DNA of 38,524 bases from NCBI GenBank assembly GCA_964435825.1, contig CAYTAB010000003.1, forward strand, positions 1 through 38,524. The letters are read 5' to 3'. The notes under the pieces were generated by a model. It was not told the origin of the DNA. It saw nothing but the letters and a program-made list of their open reading frames with translations, and searched no databases. Shown here one piece after another: positions 1 through 12,900 of the stretch (its first letter is position 1; the number at the start of each line of letters is the position of its first letter). Source of the stretch: Candidatus Woesearchaeota archaeon (GTDB lineage: Archaea > Nanobdellota > Nanobdellia > UBA10117 > JABICX01). The translations under genes were made by a program, and so were the position numbers.

Positions 1-828
1 TTCAGGAAACTGCAAATTGCAAAAAACTTCAAATAAATCTGAAAAAGATTTATTAAAAAAAAGTTTAAAATAAATTTCTTGTTTAAGTGAGTGCGAGTAT
101 ATTTTCAAAGTTCCGATTTCTTCTTCAAGTTGTAAAAACTCTAAATTGCATTTTGGATATAAATTCAAAACATCTTTTTCAGAAATCATATCAAAGAAAA
201 AAGAATTTAATTTAAATTCAAGTTTTTCTGAATCAGAAATTGAAAGATTTTTTTCCTGCAAAAAATTAGTAATTTCAGATTTATCTAAAACAATCCTGCT
301 GTTTTCATTTGTAGTGCTAAAAGAAAGATTCTGTATGTTATGCAAAAAAACAGAATAATTAAAAATCAACTCTCCATAACTTTTATTTTCCTCTCTACTT
401 AAATTATAAAAGCGCGTCTGCTTTAATATAATGTCAGAAAGATTTATTTTGCTATCTTCACTAACTGGAACTCCAAAACCTTTTTTTCTATTGCCAGAAT
501 AGAACTCAAAAACAGTTGTTTTTTTTATTTCTGATTGCCCAGAAATACAGCTTATCGTTAAATAATGTGTTCCAGAATCAAGTTCTGAAACAGCATATGT
601 CCAGTGATTTAGCTCATAATCCATTAATGTATAATAAGAATCATTATCAAAATGGAACATGCAGTAATCAAATGATTGATGTGGTTTAATGACAATATCA
701 ACAACATCTGAATAAGAAACTAATGGAAGAGGAGACATAATTTCAAAAAAAGTATTTTCTTGAAAAGTAAAGGGACTTGCAGTATAAAACGAGCTAAGTA
801 AAGCAATACTAACCACTAAAAAAAGCAT
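1..828 (-). CDS. Secreted hypothetical protein, 3'-truncated by the window edge; paralog of an N-terminal module of the adjacent giant protein
   Basis: Absent from the supplied track, which omits edge-truncated frames. Manual reverse-complement translation from ATG (828-826) to base 1 gives 276 sense codons and no stop: MLFLVVSIALLSSFYTASPFTFQEN... The N-terminus is hydrophobic (signal peptide or anchor). VDIVIKPHQSFDYCMFHFDNDSYYTLMD...GTHYLTISC aligns with giant-protein VEVVVKPYYDFEYCIFNFDDSDFSTLLD...GHHKMIVTC (19/52 identical by eye, no gaps). Confidence 0.7.
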   Translation of the reverse strand, partial: MLFLVVSIALLSSFYTASPFTFQENTFFEIMSPLPLVSYSDVVDIVIKPHQSFDYCMFHFDNDSYYTLMDYELNHWTYAVSELDSGTHYLTISCISGQSEIKKTTVFEFYSGNRKKGFGVPVSEDSKINLSDIILKQTRFYNLSREENKSYGELIFNYSVFLHNIQNLSFSTTNENSRIVLDKSEITNFLQEKNLSISDSEKLEFKLNSFFFDMISEKDVLNLYPKCNLEFLQLEEEIGTLKIYSHSLKQEIYFKLFFNKSFSDLFEVFCNLQFPE

Positions 829-914
829 TATTCCTTTAGCATTCAATTGGTTCAGCTCGGCAATTTATTAAAATATATTTTTATTAAATATTATAAAATT
901 AAGTTACTATTAAT

Positions 915-953
915 TAAGAAAAACTATATTTTTTTTGATTCTGTAGAATATAG
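915..953 (-). terminator. Possible terminator of the giant gene (weak A/U hairpin plus T5)
   Basis: About 33 nt downstream of the giant-ORF stop on the minus strand. Inverted repeat CTATATT/AATATAG (924-930 / 947-953) is followed on the minus strand by TTTTT (923-919). The stem is A/T only, so this is weak. Confidence 0.3.
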
Positions 954-985
954 TTTCAACTATAATCTAAATACAAATCACTAAA

Positions 986-3900
986 TCAACTAGTTAATTC
1001 CATATAAGCACTTAACCAGTCATTTGAACCAGTGTATTTTTGAAGCTTGCTTGGAATTTTAATCTCATAATCATATACTCCATATTTACCTGCCTTGCTG
1101 TCATTGATCACTGTTATGAAAACTAAATCTTGGGTTCCATTGTACTGTGATCCGCCATCACTTGAATCCCAAAGCAAACCAGTTACAAAACTGCTCGTAT
1201 TTGTTGATTTTATAAACGGAACTTGAGTAATAGTTTTGTCATAAACAATAAAAGTTCCTAAATTATCTGGAACATCATCATCATTTGAATCAAATAATCT
1301 CTTTATTGAATCATTAAATGCAGTCATATTCATTGTAGAATCTGCTTCTTCAAAATCATTTGTATCATTTAATGGTTCAAGTTGAGTAAAGTCAATACTT
1401 GAATCATAGTCTGCAAAATAAAGATTTCCCTGCATTATTGTTGGAAGCCATGTTGAGAAGTTAGCTGAATTGCTGTTTGCAAGAATAATTGTTCCATTAG
1501 TATATCCATAAAAGACACCCCATCCTGAAACTGAATAATTAGTATAATTCACATTATTTGTTTCATCATTTTCTGTAAATTCGTGCTTGTCATCTGCATA
1601 TGCTGCAAATTGGTAGGTTCCGGAGCTGGAAACCCAAGAAAAGTTAACTTGAGCTCCAGAACCACCTGCAATACTAACGTTTCTATATTCAGTTTGACTT
1701 AATTCCCAAGCTGAGTCATTCCAGTAAGAAACGTTGAGCATAATAGAAACATTTACAGCATCTGCTGCCTCAGAATTATTTATATGAAAAATAACCAAAA
1801 TATTCTGACCTTCTTCAGGAGTTGAATCATTAAATTCAATTTCAGAAACATAAAAATCATACAAAGTAACTCCAAATTTTCTTGATTCAGTTGCATTTAA
1901 ATTTCCAACACTATCATTGCAGTAGTAAGAGACATTATACTGACCTGCAGTTAGACTATCGTTTGTGTGACTGAACTCTTTAGCAGAATCTTTGTTCATT
2001 GTAATATTTGTTATTCCATTATCTAAACTATACAAACAAGTATCTCCTGCTTCATTTAAAGAAACATTAAAAGTTATGCTTTGAGAGGTGTAATTAACTC
2101 CTTCTGAAGAAGGAACATTAATCACAATCTCAGGTGGAGTTGTATCTATTGTAAATGTATAATTAAAGGTATCAAAAGCGCAGTTTGAAGCTTTGTCACA
2201 AGAATAACAATTCCAGTTATATGTTCCGTCATCAAAATTGTCTACATTGAAAGTATAGTTATAATTGTTATAGTGGCTATAATTTGTTAAATTAATATGC
2301 CATCCATTATTCCAATCACCATACAAACTTACATTTTCAACATAGCTATCATCACTTACTGAACAATTAAAGATTAATGAAGTTGAAGTTGAATTATAAT
2401 AATCCTCAGGTATAATCAAATCAATATTTGGAGATGCAATATCATACCAAACAACCAATTGAATAAAATCTGTTGCAATAACTGTTGAAGTTGAAGAAGC
2501 TGCAGAATAAGTTTTAGCAAGAACTTTTACATATTTAGAATCATTAATCCAATCTTCAAGATTCGCAGTTACTCCAATATATTCAGTTTGTTCACTATTA
2601 TCTGTTGTATATGTTGCAAACTCAACCCACTCCTTGCTTGAATCATTATATAAATAAAGAATAAATCCATCTGTTCCAGAATCAACATCTCCATATCCAG
2701 CCCAAGTTACATTAAGCAATGTAACAGTCTCCTCTGATTCATTAATTTTAAATTCAAATCTAGTAAATGCATAGTTTCCTGAACCTGCAGAGTAATCCTG
2801 ATAAACATTATTATCTGAAGTCAAATCTGAATAAGGGTCATCAATCTCTGTCCAAGTTGTGTTAGTTGTTCCCTCATATGCAGAATTATATGTAGTATCT
2901 GAAAAATCATAAACTGAAATTCCTGAACCAACTGCTAATGTTGCTTGCCCAAAATTAGATTCAGAAGCATTGTAATAAAGAGTAGAATTACTGCTAATAT
3001 TACAGCTTATTGTAAACATTCCAGATTCAGCAGGATTAAAGCTATATTGTGCATAGCCGTCTGAACCTGTTAAATTGCTTCCCATATACACAGAATCATT
3101 GTAAAATAAAACCCAATAATCTGAAACATCCTCTTGCGTAATGTTGTCTTCAACTCTACAATACATTGTAGTTTTATCACCTTCTCCAACACTTGTTGGG
3201 TTTAAATATGCTTCATCAATTTTTGCCCAAGAATAAATTGTAATGTTTCTGTATTCAGATTCATTTGATAAAACAGAAGAATAGTTCAGTGAATAATAAT
3301 ATGAAAACAAAGAATGATTTCCAAGAGAACCAGTTGCATTTAACAGCCAATAAGAAGAACAAACAGTTCCGTTTTTTAACTCAGATAAACAAGAGTCATC
3401 TGAATCATTTCGCGGATTTTCAGATAAAGTATAAAATGGAGTTGCAGAAGTTGAAGTGCTAATTATTCCATTTTCAGAGCTGTTTAATTGTGCAGAAACA
3501 TCACCACACTCACCACCAATACATTGAACCTGAGTTGTAAAATTAAAAACATTGTATTTCTCAACATACTTAACAGAATCTGGATAAATAAGCGTAACAT
3601 TCAACCAGCCCCAGTCAACAAACCAGTTTGTGCTATTCTGTGAACTAATGCTTCTATTATCATAGCAAACTGCAGTTAAATTAAATGTTCCAGAATCATT
3701 TATTATTAAATCATCATTATCAAAAACCCACCAACCAGCTGATTCTGTAAAAGAAGTTCCTGAAATCAATTGTTTTGAATCTTCTATGTTCTCAAGAATA
3801 AAAGTTGCATTTGAAATTGAAAAACTTCCTGCAGTGCAATTAATTCTCATTCTTGTTATTTTTTCTGCCCAATCAAGTTCACTACATTCTTTCCATGAAG

Positions 3901-6900
3901 AAGATTCTTCACATTGAATCTGACCTGAACTTAATGGAGAATAACTTGTAATAGTTAATTTTCTCTGAATAGAAGTATTTCCAGATAAATGACCTATATA
4001 TTGAACAGGTGTAACAAATGCATAAAAACTTCTTTCATCACTTGGATTGCCACTTGAATTTAAAATCCATGGAACTGAACAATTAAGTCCTCCAGCCATA
4101 TTTGTTAAGCAACTAATATCTGTCTTGTTTTGTGGATTAGAATCTAAAGAATAAAATGGAGTTGTAGAAGTTGAAGTGCTAACCAGACCATCTTCACTTG
4201 TATTTAATGTAGCATTAACATCACCGCACTCACCAACAAGACAGCTTACTCGCGCAACAATTTGAGAAGTAAATCCCTGAACAACTGTTGCATTTACTTG
4301 AGGAAATGAAATATTAATTGTTAAAGTACCCCATGGATAATTCCAAGTCTCACTTGTTTCATTATTACCAAAAGGACCATAACAACTTGCACTTATATTC
4401 ATCTGACCTGAATCCCAAAGACTTAAATCATAGTTATTATAAATATACCATCCATTTGTTTTTGTTTTTACAGTGCCATTGAATAATGTCACATAATCTG
4501 GATTATTAAATAAAAATATTGAAGCATTATCTGAAAGACCTGTGCAGTTAACTCTTACTCTAGTCAAACCCCCGCCATATGTAATTGTGGTGCAGTTTTT
4601 CCAAGTTCCGTCATTCTCACATTCTATTTTTGAAACAAAAGCAGGTGCATTAGAGGAAATGTTTTCAGAATTAGAATCTGTAGTTGAGCCTGCTTCATAA
4701 ATTGAGAATGGTGTGACCTTACACTGCCACTCTTCCTGATAAACAGTTTCTTTTGAAACAAAAACATTGTTTTTCTGTCTCAAATATAATTCCCGAACCT
4801 GATCAAAGCTTAGTGCTCGGTCATACCATCTCAGAGAATCAATTGTTCCATTAAAATTACTATCACCATCATCTTCCTCTCCAATATAAATTTCCTGGCT
4901 GTCATTGCTCACAATTCCAGCATCATAATCATCATTATAATTATCTGCAGCCCCATTTACAAAAACAGTCACATTATCTGAAGATAAATAAACAACAACA
5001 ATATGATACCAAGTATCTGGCAACCATTGGTTAGTGTTTGTCTGAACCTCTCCACTATAGGTAGATACACTTATTCTTCCACTATCTGCACTTAATTGTC
5101 TTATTGCAAAATCATTTGGTTTGTCAATATAATAATAATCTACTGTATCTGTTGAATTAACTTCATGTCTCAGTTTAAACCAAAATTCAATTGAAAAATC
5201 ATCTGTAGTATTAATGTTTGAATTAATATACAATCTATCACTATCTCCATTAAACTCAAAAGCTCCAGTTCCATTTAATCCACCTGTAGCATTCCATTCA
5301 ACACCTGTTGGAGTAGCATCATTTCCATATCCTGAATAATCATTTATTGCATCAGCTTCTCCACCTTCAAAATCCATATTAAGCATGTTCATTGGAATAC
5401 TATCAACAAACCAAGCAATTGTTGCAGAAGTAGTTCCGCCACTTGGATGATATTCGCAGCTCAAATTATCATACTCATAATATCCATCAGAAGTTGCATT
5501 TAAAAACACAGAGCTAAATGTTGGAGTCTGCTTTACAAAAATTAAATCAGATACTATATATGGACTGCCTTTTTCATAAAACAAATCTGAAGAATCATTT
5601 ATTTCACAGGAAATATTCAATGAACCACCTGGAGTTGCAGTAATTGTTCTTACTGCCCAGCCACTTGAATTTGTTAAGTTTGTTCCAAGTAATTCTGAAT
5701 TTTTATAAAAAGAAACATTATATCTAAAAATTGAATGATTATCAAACTCATCTCTTATATGACAGCTATAAGTAAACAGGTCATTTAATGAAACATTTGT
5801 ATTATTAAATCCAGATTCATTAATTTCTGAAGAGCTGTAAATGTAAAAATATTTAGAAGGACTAGACTCTGCCCAATTATCTGATGTGTCATTTACTAAA
5901 ATTGCACTAACATTAATCATACCTAAATTGCTAAATTCTGTTAAATCAGATGTATTTAATGTATAATTTGCAGAAGCAGTTGTTCCAGACAATGGTCCAA
6001 TTGAATAATTTAATTGCGTTCCAGTTCCATTATGAGACAAATAAGCATAATCTAATCCAATATTATCTGTCCATTCTGAATATGCTAAAATCTGCCCACC
6101 CCTTTTTATTTGAGCACCATTTGAAACATTAATATTCCAAGTAACAAGTTCTGGAGCAACAATATCTCCATCTAAAATAAAAGTATCATATCCCAAAGGA
6201 GACCAGTAAGAACCTAATGTTGAATAAGCTGTAACAGAATAATTTCCATGTGAACTTCCTGAAGAATTCCAATATAAAGAAAATTCACCATCATAATCTG
6301 TAGTGTTTGAACCTACAAAAGAAATAAATTCATGCTCAGTTGAGATATCTCTTTGCTCTGTTCCATTTGTATAAAAAAAGATTTGGTCAACCTGTGAAGT
6401 GCATACTCTATTTGAGTTTGCAGAAGCAAGAGTATGCTCCCATTTAATTGTATGGCTTCCTTCAGTTAAATAATAAGAATCAAAATTCCAGCCAGTAGAA
6501 GTTTGCGTATCTATTTGCTGGCCATCAACAAGAAACTCAAATGTGCATCCTGTTGTTGAAGTTCTTCCCCAATAAAAAGACAGATATCCTCCTTTTGAAA
6601 GTGTAACTGATTTTGAAAAACTTGCTTTAGTTTCATCACAATGTGTAAAAAAGTTTCCATCGCATGTAAGAGTTGACGAAGTGCTGTAAGATGTTGAATC
6701 TGCTCCACCTGAAGCAGCATCCCAGTCTCCTGAAAGAGGGTCTCCATTTGTTGTTCTATACCAATATGTTGTATTAAAGTTATTGTCTTCAAAATCATCA
6801 TACACAGGTGTTGTAGAATATTTGCTGCTATAATCTGGAGCATCTGAAGTGTTTTTATAGTATATTGCAATTGTATTGTTTCCTGTTAATAATCTATTTA

Positions 6901-9900
6901 ATTTAACAAGAAACTTTGTTGTTGAGGTTTTTGAACCACTAACTAAAAAATGATTTAGCAAATTATTCTCATGGTCAGCAAACCGAACATTTGTGCAGCC
7001 TGTAACAATATCTGATGAAGTAGTATCTAAAGTTAAATTAACAGAAACATCTTCAACAACTTCATCTAAAAGATTCTCAATTACAATTTCTTTTCGTTTT
7101 TCAAATCCAGAATCAAACCACGCGATTGTTGCATTATCTGTATCTAAATTTTTCACAATATATAGCGAAGCATTAGCATCATATAATGGATTATCATATC
7201 CATCATAAACATCTCCATCTATTTTAAAAATTTCATTAGCAGCATATAGTTCGCGTTCAAGAGAAACATTCATATGCATCTCAAAATCAAGCTCAACTGA
7301 AACAACCCTATCTTCACTTTGAGCATTATTTGACTGAAGAGAATCATCTGTGCAGTTTATGCTCCAGGTATAGTTATCTTGAGATAAAGTCTCTGAAAAA
7401 GTTTGATAAACACCTTCCTCAATTTCATTATCTGTATCATAAACCTCATTATTTAAAATCAATTTGCAATTATCAATTCCTGAAAAAACATCATTTACAA
7501 TATATCTAAAAATAACTTCCCCATCTGTATCTTTAGAATCATTTAAAGGTGAAATTAAGGTGATTTCTGGAGGGTCATAATCTGGGCTTACTTTAAGGAA
7601 AAAAGAATCATTAGCATATCCTGTTAAAAGAGAGTCACTTAAATCTGTGCAATTAACATTCCAATAATATTCTCCAACAGCAAGATCATCAACATAAAAG
7701 TAATTATCTCCAATAGAAACTAATGTATCTGTAGTATAAATTGTATCATTTAAAATAAGAGAACAATTTGCAATATCATTTTCATCTGAAACTGAATAAT
7801 TAAAATATAAAACCCCGTCTAAATCCTGTGTTTTATTTTCAGGATAATAAATAGACACAGTTGGAGCATCAAAATCATAATTAACTGTAAAATTCAAAGC
7901 AGTGCTGTTTTTAGAATTCTGATTTGAAGAATCATCAAAACATTCAATAAACCAATAATAATTACCTTCATCAAGCGAAGATATAAAAAAAGTCTGATTT
8001 GTTGCTTCTGAAACACTATCTGAAGTTTGATTATATTCATCTAATAGATAAAGAGAACAATTTTCAATTCCTGAAGCATAATCATCTGCTTGATAAACAA
8101 AGGTAACATTTCCATCTGTATCTTTTGAATTATTCACAGGTGCAAAAAGACTTATCTCTGGGGGCGTGGAATCAGATGTAACTGAAAACTGCCATAACTG
8201 AGACAACTGATGATTTTGGTTTGAAGAATCATCTGTACAGTTAATCTGCCAATAATGTAAACCATTAAACAAACCAGTTTTATAAAATTCAATTTCAACA
8301 TTTTCCTCAATATCTGAAGAAGAATTTTCAATATACTCATCAACAATAAGCTCACAACTGGCAACTCCGCTTAACGAATCATTTACCTTAAAAGTAAAAG
8401 TAACATTTCCATCAGGATCTTCAGAAGAATTTGGAGGTAAAAGTAATTGAATATCTGGCCCTTCTGTATCTGGAACAATTTCAATAGTCCGCGTAGATGA
8501 ATCTCCTCTGTTCTCATTATCTGATTTATCAAAACAACTAACATTCCAAAGATGATTTCCATTGCTCAATCCCCAAACTGTAAAATTCTGAGTTATGCCT
8601 TCCTGAACAGAAGTTATAGTTTTATTAATATTAGAATCAATTGTAATTGAACAATTTTCAATCTCAGATGAAGAATCTGTAACATTAAAATTAAATGTAA
8701 CATTTCCATCTGCATCTTGCGCAGAATCTTCTGGAAATTCCAAATACACCAAAGGACTACTTGAATCAAGAACCTGAAGAACTGAACTCTTTTGTTTCTC
8801 AGAACTTGCTTTTAGATAAAGTGAACTTGAATCACTAATATTGCAAGTTATATTAACAAAGTTTGGAGATGAATAGGTTTTTGAATAATTAGCCCAGCCA
8901 CTTGAATTTGTTAATGAATTTCCAAGATAGCCACTAGAATTATCAAAAAAGTATATTCTGTATCCTGAAACTGCATCTCCAGTATCTCTGTTAATAACTC
9001 TGCATTTTATTTCAGTAGATTGTGTTTCATTGATGGTTGATGGATAGATTTGAATCTTAGAAAGATTTACAAAATCCCATAAATAAAAATAACCAATATT
9101 TGAAGTTGCACCCCACACTTCTTTATCCTGTGCATAAATTGAGTAAACATCAATTCTTCCAAGAACAGAATATTCTGTTCTATTTGAAGTATCAATAGTA
9201 TAATTTGTCCAGCTTCCACTACTTTCATTATAAATTGTGCTAATTGTATAATTTATTTTGCTTCCAGTTCCATCATGCTCTATTTTTGATTGAGAAACAC
9301 CATCTGTATAATTCCAAAATGCATATGCTCTAATTATTGCTCCTCTATCAATATTTGAGCCACTTGAAATATTAAAACCAGAATAATTATATTCTGGAGC
9401 AACTTTTAAATTAATATCCATTCCTGAAAAATCTGTTCTTAAGGAATGTCTTACTGCTCCGAATTTTGGCAAAACTAATTTAGGAACATAATTTTCTTCA
9501 AACAATGATAAAATCCAGTCTTTTGTTCCATAAATAAATTCACTAAAGGTCTTATTACTAATATCAAAACCTTCTGCAGGAACAAAATTATAATAACCGC
9601 CAACAGACACTATCGCAGTCTTTTCATAATTTTCATTAATAAATTCTGGAGCCTTTAACTTAATAGATATATTATCTCCTTTATTAAGAGTCACTCGTTT
9701 TTTATCAAACTTCTTCAAGTCATCAGCAACATTTTCACCATAATCAGTAATTGCAGAATCAATTTCAAGATTATGAATATTAATGTTTTCATCTTCTGAA
9801 TAATCAATATAAGCTGAATCAATCTGATAAAAGCCTGGTGAAGAAACAATTCTAATTTCTTTGTTTTCAGAAAGATTAACTGGAATTAAAAACTCAGTCC

Positions 9901-12900
9901 AATCTTCTAAACCTGCTTTAATCTGTCCCTGAACAACCCATTTTTCTCCATTCCAAGTTTCAACTCTCAGATTAACATTTTTATCAAAAGCAGAATTAAA
10001 CCTTTCACCAAGAAAAGAAGCAGAAACAATGTCTTGCCAGATTTTCCAATTATTATAGCCAACTAAATCCACATAAAAAATCCATGCCTTAGTCATCAGT
10101 CCAGTTTTCATCAAATGCAAAACAAGTTTTCCCTGTTTTGATTCATTTTCAGGAAATTTCAGAAGAATTCCATTTTGCCAAACTTCTTTCTGAATAAACT
10201 CCTTTAAGTTCTCATTAACCCAGGGAACACCATCATCTTCAGAGATTTCTAGCAAGCAAGAAGAATTAAAGAAAATATCTTTACATGAAACTGGCAAAAT
10301 CCTATTTTTAACAGTATGAATATTTCCTGCTAGGTCTGGAATTGCTTCTGTATTTTTTGGATGTTCAACAATTCTTAAATTAAAATTATTTGTATATGAA
10401 ACTTCATCAAGACGTTCACCTAAAAGAATATTATAATATCCCTCTTCTAAAACAAGATCATTTAATCTCTCATAACTAATTGCTTCAGATGCGCGTATAA
10501 CTGAAAACGGATAGCCTTCATGTTCATAAACATACTCTGAACCATTCCAAGAAAAAACAAAAGGACATGAAACACCAGATTCATCTTCATCTTCATCATG
10601 TTCTGCAGTAACCATCATAACAACATAATAATCTCCTGAATCATTCCAAACAAAATCATCTGCATTTGTAGAAATAGAGCCTGAACGAACATTATCTGAA
10701 GTGCCTTGTCCATTAGAAGTAGAATAAACACTTACCCATTCTGAACCAGATTCATTCCAGATATAAATATCCTGAGCAAGAGCAGATTTATCACTTCCAC
10801 TTGACTCATCATCAGTATAATAACCTTCCCATGTCCAGGTAAAATTATTCACAACATGCGGAGCATCAACTTTAAAGAAAAACATCTGAGAATTATTTTC
10901 ACTATCTGAAGTTGCAAGTGAAGTATCCCATCGTGAGTTATCACTTAAATTTATAGCTGCATAATCTGCAGCAAGTGCATTTGCCCCGCAATCACTTGGA
11001 TCAGAAGGTATGTCTCCTCCTTTTTCACATGCATAATGCCCATCTGAAGCATATTGTGAAAAATTAAATGAGCTTGTTCTAAGTGGGTCTAATGCAAACA
11101 ACCACGTTCGATTTTCAACAAATATCCTATTAAACAAACCCTTTTTATAAATAATTCTTGCATTTCCAAGCTCATATAAATAAGGTGAAATAAACGGTGC
11201 TTGCGCAGTGTATTTAAACTCACTTGACTCATTTTTATATTTCCAAGTAATTGTTTTTATATCTCCCATCTCATTAACAACTCCGCCATATGAATTAATG
11301 ACTTTAAACTCAACTGGCAGAATTTCAACAACTTCTTTTATTTCTAAATTACTAAATGAAGTGATTTTAAACTCATTAGTAAAAGGTCCTCTCCAAGGAT
11401 CAATTGTAACTGGAACTTTTCGAATTATGTCAAAATCATAATCTGAAACAACATTAAAAAAACTCTCAATATTTGTTTTTACACCATCAGCATATGCTTT
11501 AACTAAAAGTTTATGTTCGCCAATCACTTTTGTATCAAAACTTGCATCATACACACCTGTCTCTTCTGAAGCAGATACTTTAATATTTGAATAAACTTTT
11601 CCAGATGGGTCAATAATTGTAAGTTCTACTTTAGCACCATCAATACAAAATCCGTTTTTATCTAAAACAACAATTTTCAGATTAGCAGTTTCATTTGGTC
11701 TATAGAGTGGCTTTTCAGTATTAACACTCACCAAACCCCAGGAAAACCAAAGAACTTCTTTGCTTAATGTTCCATTTTTATTTTCATAATACGAAGTAAC
11801 TTTGTATATACCTGGCTTTATTCTGCGCGAGTCTTTTAAAACTACCTCAACTTCCCGAGCTGAAGAGAAAATTGAAAAGCCAGCTCTATGTTTTTTTATT
11901 TCAAAATCTTGTCCTTCAATTAATCTAAGAACCTGAGTTCCTTTTTGAGAACTATCTTCTAAAAAACCATTTTCCTTAAACTGACGATATTCTAAAAGAG
12001 TTTTTGAATCAAAATCAGAAGACAATAATGAAAAAGAAGCAAAATCTCCTGATAAAGCAGGTTGTGTCTGAAGTGGTTTATCATTTGTCTCTGAATGTTC
12101 TACAAATTCAACATCAACATATTTAGCATTACCTAAAGTGATTTTTGGTGTTTGTTGCAATGAAAAGGCATTATCAAAATCAAGATTAAAATCTCTTGAA
12201 AAATGATATAAATTTCCTTTAGCAATAATCCCAAATTCAATATTTAAGAACTTATTGTCTTTTTGGTTTAAATTAATTATAAGTTTATTAGAATCAGAAT
12301 TTAATATTGCATCTGAATCAATTCTTTTTATATAAACAATCTTATCAAGTGTATGTGCTCTTATTAAAATTGAGCTTACTTTACTTTTCTCAAATTCTTG
12401 TTTGTCAATATATATTCTATCTGAAGTTACATCAACAATTCCAGGAAATTCTGAAGAAACATAATGCAAATCTGAAAAATCAACTTCATCAATATTTAAG
12501 TTTGGTAAATCTATAAATGAAATGTTTTGATAAGAAGCAGAAATAATTGGTTTTTCTAAGCTTTCATTATCAAATATGCAAAATTCATTATACAAATCTG
12601 AATTTAAAAAAAGATTTTTATCAAAAAGCAAATTAAAATAAACTGAAGATTGGTTTTTAAGATCTACTTTCATAAGTCCAATTTCTTGTGAAAGACCTGC
12701 AGAAGAAAGATAAATGCAGTCTGGATAAAAATTAAGATTAGTATCTGATGGATTCATTTTAAAATTAAAAGAATTTAAACTAAATTCAGAATCTGAAACA
12801 TAGTATCCTTTTTCAATCAAGATTTCTAAAAAAGCTTTTTTGTCAATTTGTATTCGCTTATTAACTGAAAAAGTATATTTTGGAAGTTTTTTAATCATAT

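Noticed and set aside
146-358. 70-aa plus-strand ORF from the supplied track (TTG start)
   Set aside because: It lies entirely inside the 276-codon open minus-strand frame (1-828). That frame has an ATG, a signal peptide and homology to the giant protein. The plus-strand product is low-complexity K/F/S-rich antisense noise.
11855-11863. Third copy of CCGAGCTGA (plus strand) as a regulatory site
   Set aside because: It lies inside the giant ORF on the non-coding strand, where it encodes ...SSAREVE... on the minus strand. It is most simply coincidental, and it weakens the significance of the two upstream copies rather than adding a site.
3265-12516. Track ORFs nested in the giant gene: plus strand 3265-3462, 5950-6132, 6993-7208, 11208-11441, 12307-12516; minus strand alternative frames 6511-6870, 8152-8364
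   Set aside because: They are short, have low-complexity composition and no motifs, and all are embedded in a 13-kb frame with clear domain content. They are best explained as shadow ORFs.
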